A stretch of DNA of 64,000 nt from an uncultured Gemmatimonadaceae bacterium (GTDB taxonomy: Bacteria; Gemmatimonadota; Gemmatimonadetes; Gemmatimonadales; Gemmatimonadaceae). Each line of letters begins with the position of its first letter. Position 1 is the stretch's first letter. A program made the translations under genes and the position numbers. Below the pieces are notes generated by a model, which saw nothing but the letters and a program-made list of their open reading frames with translations, was not told the DNA's origin and did not search any database. This document shows, piece by piece, positions 19,577 through 29,313 of this stretch. The stretch lies in assembly GCA_963843845.1 (NCBI GenBank), contig CAWJMB010000002.1:224001-288000 (forward strand), read 5' to 3'.

Positions 19577-20717
19577 GCGAGCTGACGAAGCGGCTCCGCG
19601 CCTCGCCCGTCGGCACGAGATAGCCGGCCGAGAACACCGCCCAGAACGAGTCGATCAGCCGCACCTCGGCGCCGCCGTTGAGCAGCAGCTCGGCGCGTCC
19701 GGCGCGGAACACCGACTGTCCCTCGACGAACGCCTTGTACTGGTTCGCGCCGGCGTACACGCGCGCGCCGATCATGCCGCGCCACGCGAACGGCGCGCCC
19801 GCCGCCGCGCTGTCGCGCGCGTAGGTGCCGCGCGCGCCGAGCACCGCCTGCCCCCCGCCTAACGGCACGCCGAGCAGCGTCCACGCCGCGTACTCCTGCG
19901 CCGTCGGGCTCTCGCCGGCGGACACGCCGGTCGGCGCCGCCCGCCCGCGCGCCGCCGCCGCGACGTCCCAGACGAGCCGGTTCCACGCCGAGTCCTCGAA
20001 CTGTCGCACGCGCCGCCGGAGCGCGTCGAGCGTCGCCGCGTACGCCTCGCCTGCGGCGACGACGCGTATCCCCGTCGAGTCGCGCGAGCGGAGGCAGGCG
20101 AGCGTGGTGCACTCGCGCGCGCCGAGCGAGTCGGCGAGCCGGTCGGCGCGGAGCGTCGCGAGCCGTGTGAGCAGCGCGTCGACATCGGCGACGTAGCGAG
20201 CATCCGTGTGCGGGTCGCTGCGGTCGACGAGGCTGGTGCGCACGCCGATCGCGAAGTCGGAAGGAGCGCCGTCGGTCGTCGCGCGTCGGACGGCGCCCGA
20301 GACGCGGAGCCGCGACAGCACGGCGTTCGCGCGGTAGTCGGCGATCGAGAGGCGCGTGGCGCCGAAGAGCAGCCGCGGCGCGATCTCGAGTCCGGCCGTC
20401 GCGGGAAGCGTGACGCGCCCGCCCGCCCCGGTGAAGCCGGACACCGACGCGGCGAGCTCGCGCGTCGTCGACGGACGTGACAGCTGGCTCGCGTCGACGG
20501 CGACGAGCGCCGTCGCCGGCGCGTCGGGGATCGCGAGGTCGACCTTGTACTGGCTCGCCATCATGCCGGCCGGCGCGTTCGGCAGCTGCGCGCCGGCTGG
20601 CGTGGCGCCGAGCGCGATGCCGAGTGCAGCGCAGAACGCGGCACCGACCGCGGCAAGCGCACCGAGCGCACCGAGCGCGGCGAGCGGGCGCGCGGGCGTG
20701 GCCGCGATCTCGCTCAC
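19527..20717 (-). CDS. Hypothetical secreted / outer-membrane protein
   Basis: Signal peptide; DLAIPDAPA..; alternating beta-strand-like C-terminus; GTG start overlaps upstream stop. Confidence 0.55.
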   Translation of the reverse strand: MSEIAATPARPLAALGALGALAAVGAAFCAALGIALGATPAGAQLPNAPAGMMASQYKVDLAIPDAPATALVAVDASQLSRPSTTRELAASVSGFTGAGGRVTLPATAGLEIAPRLLFGATRLSIADYRANAVLSRLRVSGAVRRATTDGAPSDFAIGVRTSLVDRSDPHTDARYVADVDALLTRLATLRADRLADSLGARECTTLACLRSRDSTGIRVVAAGEAYAATLDALRRRVRQFEDSAWNRLVWDVAAAARGRAAPTGVSAGESPTAQEYAAWTLLGVPLGGGQAVLGARGTYARDSAAAGAPFAWRGMIGARVYAGANQYKAFVEGQSVFRAGRAELLLNGGAEVRLIDSFWAVFSAGYLVPTGEARSRFVSSLKLRVAPPAKGAIPGA

Positions 20718-21097
20718 GACCGCCCCCGCAGCCGCACGCCGATGACCGGCTCGAAGACGAACTCGCCGCCGGCCGACGCCGCGCCGTGCTCGCCGATCGT
20801 CGCGACGTCCTGCCGGATCTTCACGAGCATGCGCGTCCCCGCCGCCGGCTTCGGCCCCACCGCGCCGACGCACTCGACGATCAGCTCGTCGAGATCGGCG
20901 ACCGGCTCGGGGAGCTTGAACGGCTGCATGGCGCCGGTCGCCAGCGAGCCTTGCGTGAGTCGCATGAACTTCGTGTGCGTCTCGTCCCACAGCCGCAGGT
21001 CGTACGACGCGCCGACCGGGCCGATGCCGACCTCCACCGAGACGAACAGTGGGCCGCCGGCGCGGTCGTAGAACACGAGCTTCGGCGTCGTCGCCAC
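20714..21097 (-). CDS. Hypothetical protein (~127 aa, beta-rich)
   Basis: Coding-like codon usage; coupled by GTGA overlap to the downstream gene. Confidence 0.5.
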   Translation of the reverse strand: MATTPKLVFYDRAGGPLFVSVEVGIGPVGASYDLRLWDETHTKFMRLTQGSLATGAMQPFKLPEPVADLDELIVECVGAVGPKPAAGTRMLVKIRQDVATIGEHGAASAGGEFVFEPVIGVRLRGRS

Positions 21098-21208
21098 GCT
21101 CAACTCCGCGAGATGGGTGGCGGCGGAAGATCTCGCGTGCGGCGCCCCGCGCAAGAGCCGCGCGGAGGAGTGGCGCGCGCCGCGCCGCGCCGATTCCTTC
21201 TTCCACCT

Positions 21209-22105
21209 ATGCGCATCGGCGTCGACCTGGGCGGAACGAAGATCGAGGCGATCGCGCTCGCCGCCGACGGGCGCGTGCTCGCCCGGGAGCGCGTCGCCAC
21301 GCCGCGCGACTACCACGCCTCGGTCGACGCGATCGCGGTGCTCGTCGCACGCGTCGAGCGGATCGCCGGCAGCCGCGGCACACTCGGCGTCGGCATCCCC
21401 GGCACGCTCGTCGCCGCCACGGGGCTCGTGAAGAACGCCAACTCGACGTGGCTCAACGGCCGCCCACTCGGCGCCGACCTCGAGGCGGCGTCGGGCCGGC
21501 CGGTCCGCCTCGCGAACGACGCGAACTGCTTCGCGCTCTCCGAGGCGGCCGACGGCGCGGCGGCGGGCGCGGCGTGCGTGTTCGGCGTGATCCTCGGCAC
21601 CGGCGTCGGCGGCGGGATCGTCGTCGGCGGGCACGTGCTCGCCGGCGCGAACGGCATCGCCGGCGAGTGGGGGCACACCGCGCTGCCGTGGCCGGCGCCC
21701 GACGAGCGCCCGGGCCCACCGTGCTACTGCGGCCGATCGGGCTGCGTCGAGACCTTCCTCTCCGGGCCGGGGCTCGCGGCCGACCACGCGCGCGCGACCG
21801 GCGACGCGCTCGACCCGCCGACGATCGTCGCGCGCGCCGCGGCGGGCGACGCGGGCGCGGCGGCGACGATGGCGCGGTACCACGAGCGGCTCGGCCGCGC
21901 GCTCGCATCGGTGATCAACGTGCTCGACCCCGACGTCGTCGTGCTCGGCGGCGGGCTGTCGAACGTGCCAGGAATGGCGGCGGCGGCGCGCTCGGCGCTC
22001 GGTCCCTGGGTGTTCTCCGACACGATCGCGACGCGCGTCGTGCGGCACGCGCACGGCGACTCGAGCGGTGTGCGTGGCGCGGCGTGGCTCTGGCCCGCCG
22101 GCTGA
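21209..22105 (+). CDS. ROK family sugar kinase (fructokinase/Mak-like)
   Basis: MRIGVDLGGTK, NDANC, GTGVGGG, GEWGH, CYCGRSGCVE. Confidence 0.92.
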   Translation: MRIGVDLGGTKIEAIALAADGRVLARERVATPRDYHASVDAIAVLVARVERIAGSRGTLGVGIPGTLVAATGLVKNANSTWLNGRPLGADLEAASGRPVRLANDANCFALSEAADGAAAGAACVFGVILGTGVGGGIVVGGHVLAGANGIAGEWGHTALPWPAPDERPGPPCYCGRSGCVETFLSGPGLAADHARATGDALDPPTIVARAAAGDAGAAATMARYHERLGRALASVINVLDPDVVVLGGGLSNVPGMAAAARSALGPWVFSDTIATRVVRHAHGDSSGVRGAAWLWPAG

Positions 22106-22119
22106 CTCGCGGCGCGCCG

Positions 22120-22677
22120 TCAGTCCGCGCGGCCGTCGCCGACGAGCGGGTGGCGCACGACCTCCCCGACGAGCGTTTCGTCGCCGAGCGTCACGTAGAG
22201 GTGTCCCTCGGTGACCGAGAGATCGAACGCCATCCGCCGGTCGAGCCGCGCCGCGAGCGAGGCGAGCAGCTCGCGGTCGACGGCGTAGAGCTCCACCTGC
22301 TCGCCCCGGTGGATCCGCTCCCCGGCCACCGCGCGCCGCAGGCGCTCCGGGTCGTGGTGGGTGTAGACCGCCACGCGCGGCGCGGCCTTGCTCGCCCGGT
22401 GCAGCCGTGCGGCGTCCGGCGCGCCGACGTCGATCCACGCGCGCAGCGCGCCGGTGAGGTCGCGCAGCGCGAGCGCCGGTTCGTCCGGCTCGGCCAGCCC
22501 GCGCGAGAACGCGAGGCCCTCGCCGTACTCCAGGCAGAACGCCAGCACGCGCGTCAGGAGGTACTCCTCCGTCTCCGACGGGTGGCGCGCCACCCGGAGC
22601 GCGAGCGGCTCGTAGATGCCGCGGTCGACGTGCGAGAGCTGGATGTCGAACGTGTAGACGGTCGCGCCGAGGGCCAC
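22120..22677 (-). CDS. yaeQ: YaeQ family protein
   Basis: ALGATVY..., RHPSET.E...RVLA, DEPAL, WIDVGAPD. Confidence 0.9.
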   Translation of the reverse strand: MALGATVYTFDIQLSHVDRGIYEPLALRVARHPSETEEYLLTRVLAFCLEYGEGLAFSRGLAEPDEPALALRDLTGALRAWIDVGAPDAARLHRASKAAPRVAVYTHHDPERLRRAVAGERIHRGEQVELYAVDRELLASLAARLDRRMAFDLSVTEGHLYVTLGDETLVGEVVRHPLVGDGRAD

Positions 22678-22891
22678 GGAGAGAAGGGACAGGAGGGAAG
22701 CTGAGGCGGCGCTCGCAGCACGCGCGCTCGCGAAAGAGCTGGCGTCCGGCGCGCGGGCGTCCTGATGGAGCACGAAACGCCCGCCGGTCGGCGGGTCGAC
22801 GTGCTCGTAGCGCATGGCCAATGAAACATCGCAGGGCTGAACGGGGGTACTTTGCGCATCGTCTTCGGTCCCGAACTCCTCGCCTGCGCCG

Positions 22892-23884
22892 GTGTCCTCG
22901 CTCGCCTTTCCGTCCTTCGGCTCGCCGTGGGCGCTGCTCCTCCTGCTCCTCCTCCCGCTCTGGTGGGCCACGCGTCGCCGCCGCCCCCCCGCCGCGATCG
23001 TCTTCTCGCGCGCCGGCGTGCTCGCGGAAGGCCCGAAGAACGGGCAGTGGGTGTCGCGCACCCTGTTCGCGCTCCGCAACCTCGCGCTCGCCGGCCTCGT
23101 CATCGCGCTCGCCCGCCCGCGCACCGGCGGCCGCACCGAGGAGTCGCTGAGCGACGGCATCGACATCGTCATCGCCTTCGACCTCTCCAGCTCGATGCTG
23201 GCCGAGGACTTCCAGCCGGACAACCGGCTCGAGGTCGCGCGCTCCAAGGTGAAGCAGTTCATCACCCTGCGCCGCAACGACCGCATCGGCGTCGTCGCGT
23301 TCAGCGGCGAGGCGCTGACGCAGGTGCCGCTGACGACCGACTACCCGGTCGTGCTCGCGGCGGTCGACAACCTGCAGCCCGGGCAGCTCGAGGACGGCAC
23401 CGCGATCGGGAGCGCGATCGTCACCGCCGCGAACCGCCTGCGCTCGGCCCCCGGCCGGTCGCGCGTCATCGTGCTGCTGACCGACGGCGTGAACAACCGC
23501 GGCTCCATCGACCCGCGCACCGCGGCCGAAGCCGCCGCGCAGTTCCGGATCAAGGTCTACACGATCGGCGTCGGCTCGCGCGGGCTGGCGCCGGTGCCCG
23601 TGGGGCGCGGGCTGTTCGGCCTTCGCTACGAGAACCGTCCCGTCGAGATCGACGACTCGCTCCTGACCGACGTCGCCCGCTCGACCGGCGGACGCTACTA
23701 CCGCGCGACGAACGCGCAGGCGCTCGACGAGATCACGCGCGAGATCGACCGCCTCGAGCGGACGCCGGCGCGGACGCACACCTACACGCGCTACACGGAG
23801 CTCTTTCGCTGGCCGCTCAGTGCGGCGGTGCTGTCGCTGTTCCTCGAGCTCGGACTCCTCGCCTGGCGCGCCCCCCTGCTGTGA
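22892..23884 (+). CDS. VWA domain protein (BatA-like)
   Basis: N-terminal TM pair, ALARP, DLSSSM MIDAS, PLTTD, DGTAIG, LLTDGVNN. Confidence 0.9.
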   Translation: MSSLAFPSFGSPWALLLLLLLPLWWATRRRRPPAAIVFSRAGVLAEGPKNGQWVSRTLFALRNLALAGLVIALARPRTGGRTEESLSDGIDIVIAFDLSSSMLAEDFQPDNRLEVARSKVKQFITLRRNDRIGVVAFSGEALTQVPLTTDYPVVLAAVDNLQPGQLEDGTAIGSAIVTAANRLRSAPGRSRVIVLLTDGVNNRGSIDPRTAAEAAAQFRIKVYTIGVGSRGLAPVPVGRGLFGLRYENRPVEIDDSLLTDVARSTGGRYYRATNAQALDEITREIDRLERTPARTHTYTRYTELFRWPLSAAVLSLFLELGLLAWRAPLL

Positions 23885-24048
23885 CGCTCAGCCGAGTCGC
23901 GGAAGTGACACGCGTGGAACACGACCGAGCGCGACGGAAGCGCACCGAGCGCTGAGATCGCAGCCCGGTCCGTCGTGTTCGGTCGTCAGCGACGGGGTCG
24001 GGCGTAATCAGATGTATCGCTCGCACACTATTCGCAATAGGTGCGGCC

Positions 24049-25413
24049 ATGACACGCTCGCACCGCTCTCACCACCAGGCCGCCGCGCCCCGCCAGACGC
24101 CCTCCGAGCGTTCGGAGCGGCGCGTGCGCCCGACCGGCGAGCGAGCCGCGGACGTCGAGGTCGGGCGCGTCGTCGGTCACCTCGACGCGGACGGCATCGT
24201 CGAGCGGCGGCAGCATCCGCGGCTTCCGGATGATCTCGCGACCGTCGCGCCACTGTCGTCCGACGAGGTCGTCACCGCGCTCGACGCGGTGAGCGATCCG
24301 CTGTTCATCGTCGATCGCCACTGGCGCGTTCGCTATCTGAACGCCGCCGCGCGTCGCGCCACGTCGATGAACGATGCCGTCGGCGCGGTGCTCTGGCGCG
24401 TCCGGCGACCGCTGACGACCGGCGCACTCTACGAACGGTTGCGCGAGGCGATGCGCGACCGGCGCGCCGTCACCGCCGACGCGTACGCCACGGCCGACGC
24501 AGGCTGGACCACCGTCAGCGCCTACCCGGTCGACGACGGGCTGCTCGTCGTGCACCACACCGTCGACGAGGCCGACGCGGCGTCGTGGGTCAGGCCGCAC
24601 GACGCCGCGCGCGCGAAGAGTCAGTTCCTCGCGACCATGAGCCACGAGCTGCGCACGCCGATCAACGCGATCACCGGCTACACGCAGCTCCTCGAGCTCG
24701 GCGTCGCGGGGCCGGTCACGGCGATGCAGCGCGCATACCTCGACCGGCTGGCGAACAGCAGCCGCCACCTGCTCGCGCTCGTCGACGACGTGCTCGACCT
24801 GTCCACCGACGAGCGCGGCCGACTCAGCATCGCGCGCGAGGTGCGCACCACCGGGCCGGCGGTCGCCACGTCGCTCGCCATCGTCGCCCCGGACGCAGCC
24901 GCGCGCTCGATCCGCCTCGTCGACGAGCGTGCGCGCGACGCCGGCCTCCCCTTCGTCGGCGACGAGCACCGCGTCCGACAGATCCTCGTCAACCTGCTGT
25001 CGAACGCGATCAAGTTCACGCCTCCAGGCGGAACCGTCACGGTCCGCGCCGATCGTCGCAGCGAGCCGGAAGGGAGCGAGTGGGTCGCTCTCTCCGTCCG
25101 CGACACCGGAATCGGTATCTCGGCTGCGCAGCATGGCGCCATCTTCGACGCGTTCATGCAGGCAGACGGTAGCCGCACGCGATCGGTCGGCGGCGCGGGG
25201 CTCGGGCTCGCACTGAGTCGGCGGCTGGCGCGCCTCATGGGAGGGGATCTCATCGTCGACAGCGCGGAGGGTCAGGGCTCGACGTTCACGCTGCTGCTCC
25301 CGACCGCTGGTGCGCTTCCGTCGCCGGCGCAGTCCATGGATGCCCCCCCACCCCCCCCGACTGGTCCACCGCCTCGCTCGCCGAGGTCGCGGCACGGCTC
25401 CGGAGAGAGGTGA
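24049..25413 (+). CDS. PAS-domain sensor histidine kinase
   Basis: FLATMSHELRTPIN, NLLSNAIKFT, DTGIG, GAGLGL. Confidence 0.9.
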   Translation: MTRSHRSHHQAAAPRQTPSERSERRVRPTGERAADVEVGRVVGHLDADGIVERRQHPRLPDDLATVAPLSSDEVVTALDAVSDPLFIVDRHWRVRYLNAAARRATSMNDAVGAVLWRVRRPLTTGALYERLREAMRDRRAVTADAYATADAGWTTVSAYPVDDGLLVVHHTVDEADAASWVRPHDAARAKSQFLATMSHELRTPINAITGYTQLLELGVAGPVTAMQRAYLDRLANSSRHLLALVDDVLDLSTDERGRLSIAREVRTTGPAVATSLAIVAPDAAARSIRLVDERARDAGLPFVGDEHRVRQILVNLLSNAIKFTPPGGTVTVRADRRSEPEGSEWVALSVRDTGIGISAAQHGAIFDAFMQADGSRTRSVGGAGLGLALSRRLARLMGGDLIVDSAEGQGSTFTLLLPTAGALPSPAQSMDAPPPPPTGPPPRSPRSRHGSGER

Positions 25414-25841
25414 ATCAGGTCGTCGACCGCTTCATCGACCGCCTGCGTGACGACCCGGCCTTCGGCTCCGCGCGCGCCCTCTCCCGCGCACACCTCGAGG
25501 ATCACACCCTGAGCCTCCTCGCGGCGATCGTCCACTCGCTCGCCGCCGTCGAAGAGACGAGCGGGATCTCGGCCGAGCTGTCGCACGAGGGCGGGTCGAT
25601 CCTCGACCACATCGCCTTCCAGCGCGGCGCGCAACGCTGCCGACTCGGCTGGTCTGTCGCGATGGTGGAGCGTGAATGCGCGCTGTTGCACGACACGGTG
25701 CACGCAGCGGCGTGCGCGCAGTCGCCGGAGCCGTGCAGCGCGGACAGCGTCACGCTCGACGTGCTCGGCCGGCTCCTCGATCGTGCCCGAGCCGCGACGA
25801 TGCGTGGATACCGGCACGGGTGCCGGTTCACGACCTCGTAA
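25410..25841 (+). CDS. Hypothetical protein (RsbRD-N / globin-like helical domain)
   Basis: GTGA overlap with the kinase; RG.QR.RLGW....V.RE pattern. Confidence 0.55.
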   Translation: MNQVVDRFIDRLRDDPAFGSARALSRAHLEDHTLSLLAAIVHSLAAVEETSGISAELSHEGGSILDHIAFQRGAQRCRLGWSVAMVERECALLHDTVHAAACAQSPEPCSADSVTLDVLGRLLDRARAATMRGYRHGCRFTTS

Positions 25842-25893
25842 CGACGAGCCCGCAGTCGGTGGCGACCGGCGTCTGGCGGACCGCGCGACCCTG

Positions 25894-26487
25894 ATGCCCC
25901 TCTTCGCGCAGGCACTGGCTCTCGCCTGGGCGTCGGGCGTCAGCGTCTACGCGACAGTCGCCATACTCGGCGTCGCGACTCGATTGGGGTGGATCGGGGC
26001 GTTGCCGGCGCCGCTCGACGGGGTCGGCGACGTGTGGGTCATCGCGCTCGCCGGCACACTCTACCTCTTCGAGTTCCTCGCCACCTCGGTGCCGGGGATC
26101 GCGTCGCTGTGGGAGACGTTCCACACACTCGTGCGGCCGATCGCCGGCGCGGCGCTCGCGGCGGGCACGGTCTGGCAGGCCGACCCGCGGCTCACCCTCG
26201 CCGCGGCGCTCGTCGGCGGCACGCTCGCCCTCGGCACGCACGCGACGAAGGCGGGGCTGCGCTACGCGATCGACACGAGCCCCGAGCCGTTCACGAACGG
26301 CGCGGCGAACGTCGCGGAGCTCGGCATGGTCGCCACGGTGGCCCTCGTCGCGTGGCACCATCCGTACGTCGCGCTGAGCGTCGCGATCGCCCTGCTGATC
26401 GCCGGGCTGCTCGTCGTGCGCGCACTCTGGCGCACGGTGCGTCGAGCGGTGGGACGGGCGCTCGGACGGTCGCGCGCGGCGTCGTGA
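25894..26487 (+). CDS. DUF4126 family membrane protein
   Basis: WASGVSVYATV, IASLWETFHTLVRP, TSPEPFTN. Confidence 0.85.
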   Translation: MPLFAQALALAWASGVSVYATVAILGVATRLGWIGALPAPLDGVGDVWVIALAGTLYLFEFLATSVPGIASLWETFHTLVRPIAGAALAAGTVWQADPRLTLAAALVGGTLALGTHATKAGLRYAIDTSPEPFTNGAANVAELGMVATVALVAWHHPYVALSVAIALLIAGLLVVRALWRTVRRAVGRALGRSRAAS

Positions 26488-26564
26488 ACGGGCGGGCGGG
26501 CCGGCGCGGCGCGCGGTGATGCCGCGGTGATGCCGCGGTGACGCCGTCGGCATCGCGCCCGGAC

Positions 26565-26837
26565 TCATCGCCGCAGCGCCAGCGCGATCCGCGCTCGGAG
26601 CCGGTCGTCGTTCACCGAGTCGGACGGCGGAGTCGACCCGGCGAGTGCACTCTGCAACTCGCGCGCGAACAGGAAGTGCGGCGGGCACTGCTCGCAGACG
26701 GCGAGATGCGCCTCGACTTCCTCGGCGCGTGGCGCCGTGAGGCGCCTGTCGAGATAGTCCCACAGGCGGCGTACCGCTGTCACGCAGTCGATCGGCGCAG
26801 CCGGCCCGTCGAGGGGAGGGAAGGAACGAGATGTCAT
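26565..26837 (-). CDS. Zinc-finger anti-sigma factor (ZAS, zf-HC2)
   Basis: C...VRRLWDYLD...HLAVCEQC (HxxxCxxC); ATGA overlap with the sigma gene. Confidence 0.88.
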   Translation of the reverse strand: MTSRSFPPLDGPAAPIDCVTAVRRLWDYLDRRLTAPRAEEVEAHLAVCEQCPPHFLFARELQSALAGSTPPSDSVNDDRLRARIALALRR

Positions 26838-27394
26838 GATCGGGTCACCTGGAGACCAGCATCGCGCGCATAGTCGAAGAGCAAGTCTTGGAGCAGCCGG
26901 CGCCCGCGGAACAGTCGGGATCGCACCGTCCCGACCGCGACGTCCAGCACCTCGGCGGCTTCCTCGTAGCTCAGCCCTTCGACGTCGACGAGCACGACGG
27001 CGGCGCGATAGTAGGGAGCGAGTGTGGCGAGCGCCCGGTCGATCGCCTGTGCGAGGTCCAGCCGTTCGAGCGTGTGGATGGCGCCGGAGCGGAGCGCCTG
27101 ACTGTGCGCGGCGGCGGTCGCGAGCGACTCGAGCTCCGGGTCGTCGTCGGGCGCGTCGACGTAGCGCGCTTCGCGCCGCGTGGTGCGGAGGAAGGCGTGG
27201 TGACAGACCGAGAGCAGCCACCGCCTCGGGTCGGCGCCGTCGTGGAACGTGTGCCACCCGCGCAGCGCCTGCAGATACGTCTCCTGTACGAGGTCGTCGG
27301 CGCGCGGCGCATCGCGCGTCAGCGAGCGGGCGAAGCGCGCCACGTCGGCGAGGTGCGGCATCGTCAGTCGCTCGAACGCGCTGTCGTCAGTCAC
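26834..27394 (-). CDS. ECF sigma-70 factor
   Basis: DDLVQETYLQA region 2; LSYEEAAEVLDVAVGTVRSRLFRGR region 4. Confidence 0.92.
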   Translation of the reverse strand: MTDDSAFERLTMPHLADVARFARSLTRDAPRADDLVQETYLQALRGWHTFHDGADPRRWLLSVCHHAFLRTTRREARYVDAPDDDPELESLATAAAHSQALRSGAIHTLERLDLAQAIDRALATLAPYYRAAVVLVDVEGLSYEEAAEVLDVAVGTVRSRLFRGRRLLQDLLFDYARDAGLQVTRS

Positions 27395-27547
27395 GGTCGG
27401 GCTGAAGTCGGAACGGAACGATCGACGAGAACGCCGATCGCATCGGCGCGAACGATCCGCGGCGGCGCGGGCCACGTCCATCGTCACGAGCGATCATAGC
27501 CGTACCATTACAAGTTCGTTCCCGCGACGGCCGTCTGCGCGTCGGGA

Positions 27548-28498
27548 TCAGATCGTCATGACAGTCGACCGCCCGGTCCGCCGTACGGTCAGCGACAGGG
27601 CGTCGGGGCGACTGTAGTGGCCGGTGACGTCGAGCGTCATGCGCTCCTCGCGCACGCGCGCGAGGTCGAGGTCGGCGATCAGGAGTCGCGCCTCGTCGTA
27701 GACCGGCTCGACGACGTAGCGCCCGTCCGGGCCGACGATCGCGCTGCCGCCGCGCAGCACGAACTGCTCGGCGCTCGTCACGCGGTCGGGGTGCGGCTCG
27801 AGCTCCGGCGGCAGCGAACTGGCGCGGAGTAGGGAGCCCGCGGCGAGCACGTAGCACCGTCCCTCGAACGCGTACTGTCGGCTCGCGACCTGATGCATCT
27901 CGTGAACGGTCGGCCAGAGCGCGGCGTGCACGTCCTCGCCCGACTCGTGCAGCGCCTGACGCGCGAGCGGCATCCAGTGCTCCCAGCAGACGAGCGCGCC
28001 CACCCGCGCCCCGTCGACCGCCACGGCGCGCAGCCCGTCGGCGTCGCCCGGCCCCCACACCAGCCGCTCGGTATACGTCGGCACCAGCTTGCGGTGGTGA
28101 TTGCGGAGGCCGCCGTCGGCTCCGACGGTGAGAATGGTGTTGTAGAGGGTGCCGCGCCCCACCCCCTCGTCCACGCGCTCGACGACGCCCACGACGAGCG
28201 TCACCTCCGCGTCGACCGCGATCGATCGCAGCGCGTCGAACGCCGCGCCCGGCACGCTCACACTCTCCGCGGCCATGCGGGCGTAGACGGCTTTGACCGG
28301 AGGATGGTCCCACAGTCCGGCGTCGCGACAGACGTCGAGCCACGCCGGATAGCCGGGAAGCCACGTCTCGGGAAAGACGACGAGGCGGGCGCCGGCGTGC
28401 GCCGCCTCGCGCGCGAGCGCCGCCGTGCGCTCCAGCCCGGACGCGAGGTCGGCGGCGACTTCGGCCTGCGCGACGGCGACGCGCAACAGTGTGGACAT
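27548..28498 (-). CDS. Nitrilase (carbon-nitrogen hydrolase family)
   Basis: FPET, HRKLVPT, LVCWEH triad motifs, GHYSRPD. Confidence 0.92.
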   Translation of the reverse strand: MSTLLRVAVAQAEVAADLASGLERTAALAREAAHAGARLVVFPETWLPGYPAWLDVCRDAGLWDHPPVKAVYARMAAESVSVPGAAFDALRSIAVDAEVTLVVGVVERVDEGVGRGTLYNTILTVGADGGLRNHHRKLVPTYTERLVWGPGDADGLRAVAVDGARVGALVCWEHWMPLARQALHESGEDVHAALWPTVHEMHQVASRQYAFEGRCYVLAAGSLLRASSLPPELEPHPDRVTSAEQFVLRGGSAIVGPDGRYVVEPVYDEARLLIADLDLARVREERMTLDVTGHYSRPDALSLTVRRTGRSTVMTI

Positions 28499-28536
28499 GA
28501 CGGGAACTGTACGCGGCCGACCCGTCTACGTGCAGC

Positions 28537-29262
28537 ATGAGCTTCACCGACCTCGGCGCCTCGCTCGCCACGCAGCCGGCACTCGCCCTCCCCCTCGTCT
28601 TCGCCGGCGGCGTCCTGACGAGCCTCACGCCGTGCATCTACCCGATGATCCCGATCACGGCGGCGGTCGTCGGCGGACACTCGGTCGCCGCCGGCGTGCC
28701 CTCGACACAGCCCCGCCGGCGCACCGTCGCGCTGACGTTCGCCTACGTGCTCGGGCTGTCGCTCGCCTACGCCTCGCTCGGGCTGATCGCCGGGCTGACC
28801 GGGACGCTGTTCGGGGGGATCAGCACGAATCCGTGGCTCTACCTGCTCATGGCGAACCTGCTGCTCGCCTTCGGGCTCATGCTGCTCGACGTGCTGCCCG
28901 TGCCCGTGCCGCAGCGGCTGCTCGCGCGCGCCGCGTCGCTCGAGACCGGCGGCCGTCTGGCCGGCGCGTTCGTCATGGGCGCGGCGTCGGGGCTCGTCGC
29001 GGCGCCGTGCGGCGCGCCGGTCTTCGCGGCGGTGCTCACCTTCGTCGCGGCGACGCACAGCGCGGTGCTCGGCTTCGCCTACCTGTTCGTGTTCTCGTTG
29101 GGCATGTGCACGCTGCTCGTCGTCGTCGGACTCGCCGCCGGGGGCGCCGTGCGGCTGCCGCGCGCCGGCGCGTGGATGGTGTGGGTCAAACGCGCCATGG
29201 CCGCTCTCATGTTCGGCGCCGCTCAGTACTACCTCGTGCAGATGGGACAGCTCGTCGTCTGA
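28537..29262 (+). CDS. CcdA/DsbD-beta cytochrome c biogenesis / disulfide exchange membrane protein
   Basis: SLTPCIYPMIP and AAPCGAP catalytic Cys motifs. Confidence 0.9.
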   Translation: MSFTDLGASLATQPALALPLVFAGGVLTSLTPCIYPMIPITAAVVGGHSVAAGVPSTQPRRRTVALTFAYVLGLSLAYASLGLIAGLTGTLFGGISTNPWLYLLMANLLLAFGLMLLDVLPVPVPQRLLARAASLETGGRLAGAFVMGAASGLVAAPCGAPVFAAVLTFVAATHSAVLGFAYLFVFSLGMCTLLVVVGLAAGGAVRLPRAGAWMVWVKRAMAALMFGAAQYYLVQMGQLVV

Positions 29263-29313
29263 GCCGTCGTCGCTCGCCCGGATTTCATCAGTCCTCTCAC
29301 CCGCTCACACACC

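Noticed and set aside
20714..23779. Long Arg/Ala/Pro-rich antisense and alternate-frame ORFs throughout (also 43309-45921, 8883-11423)
   Set aside because: Shadow ORFs expected at high GC opposite well-supported genes
23906..23921. Possible extra parS site (…CGTGGAACA)
   Set aside because: Only one half-site matches the consensus
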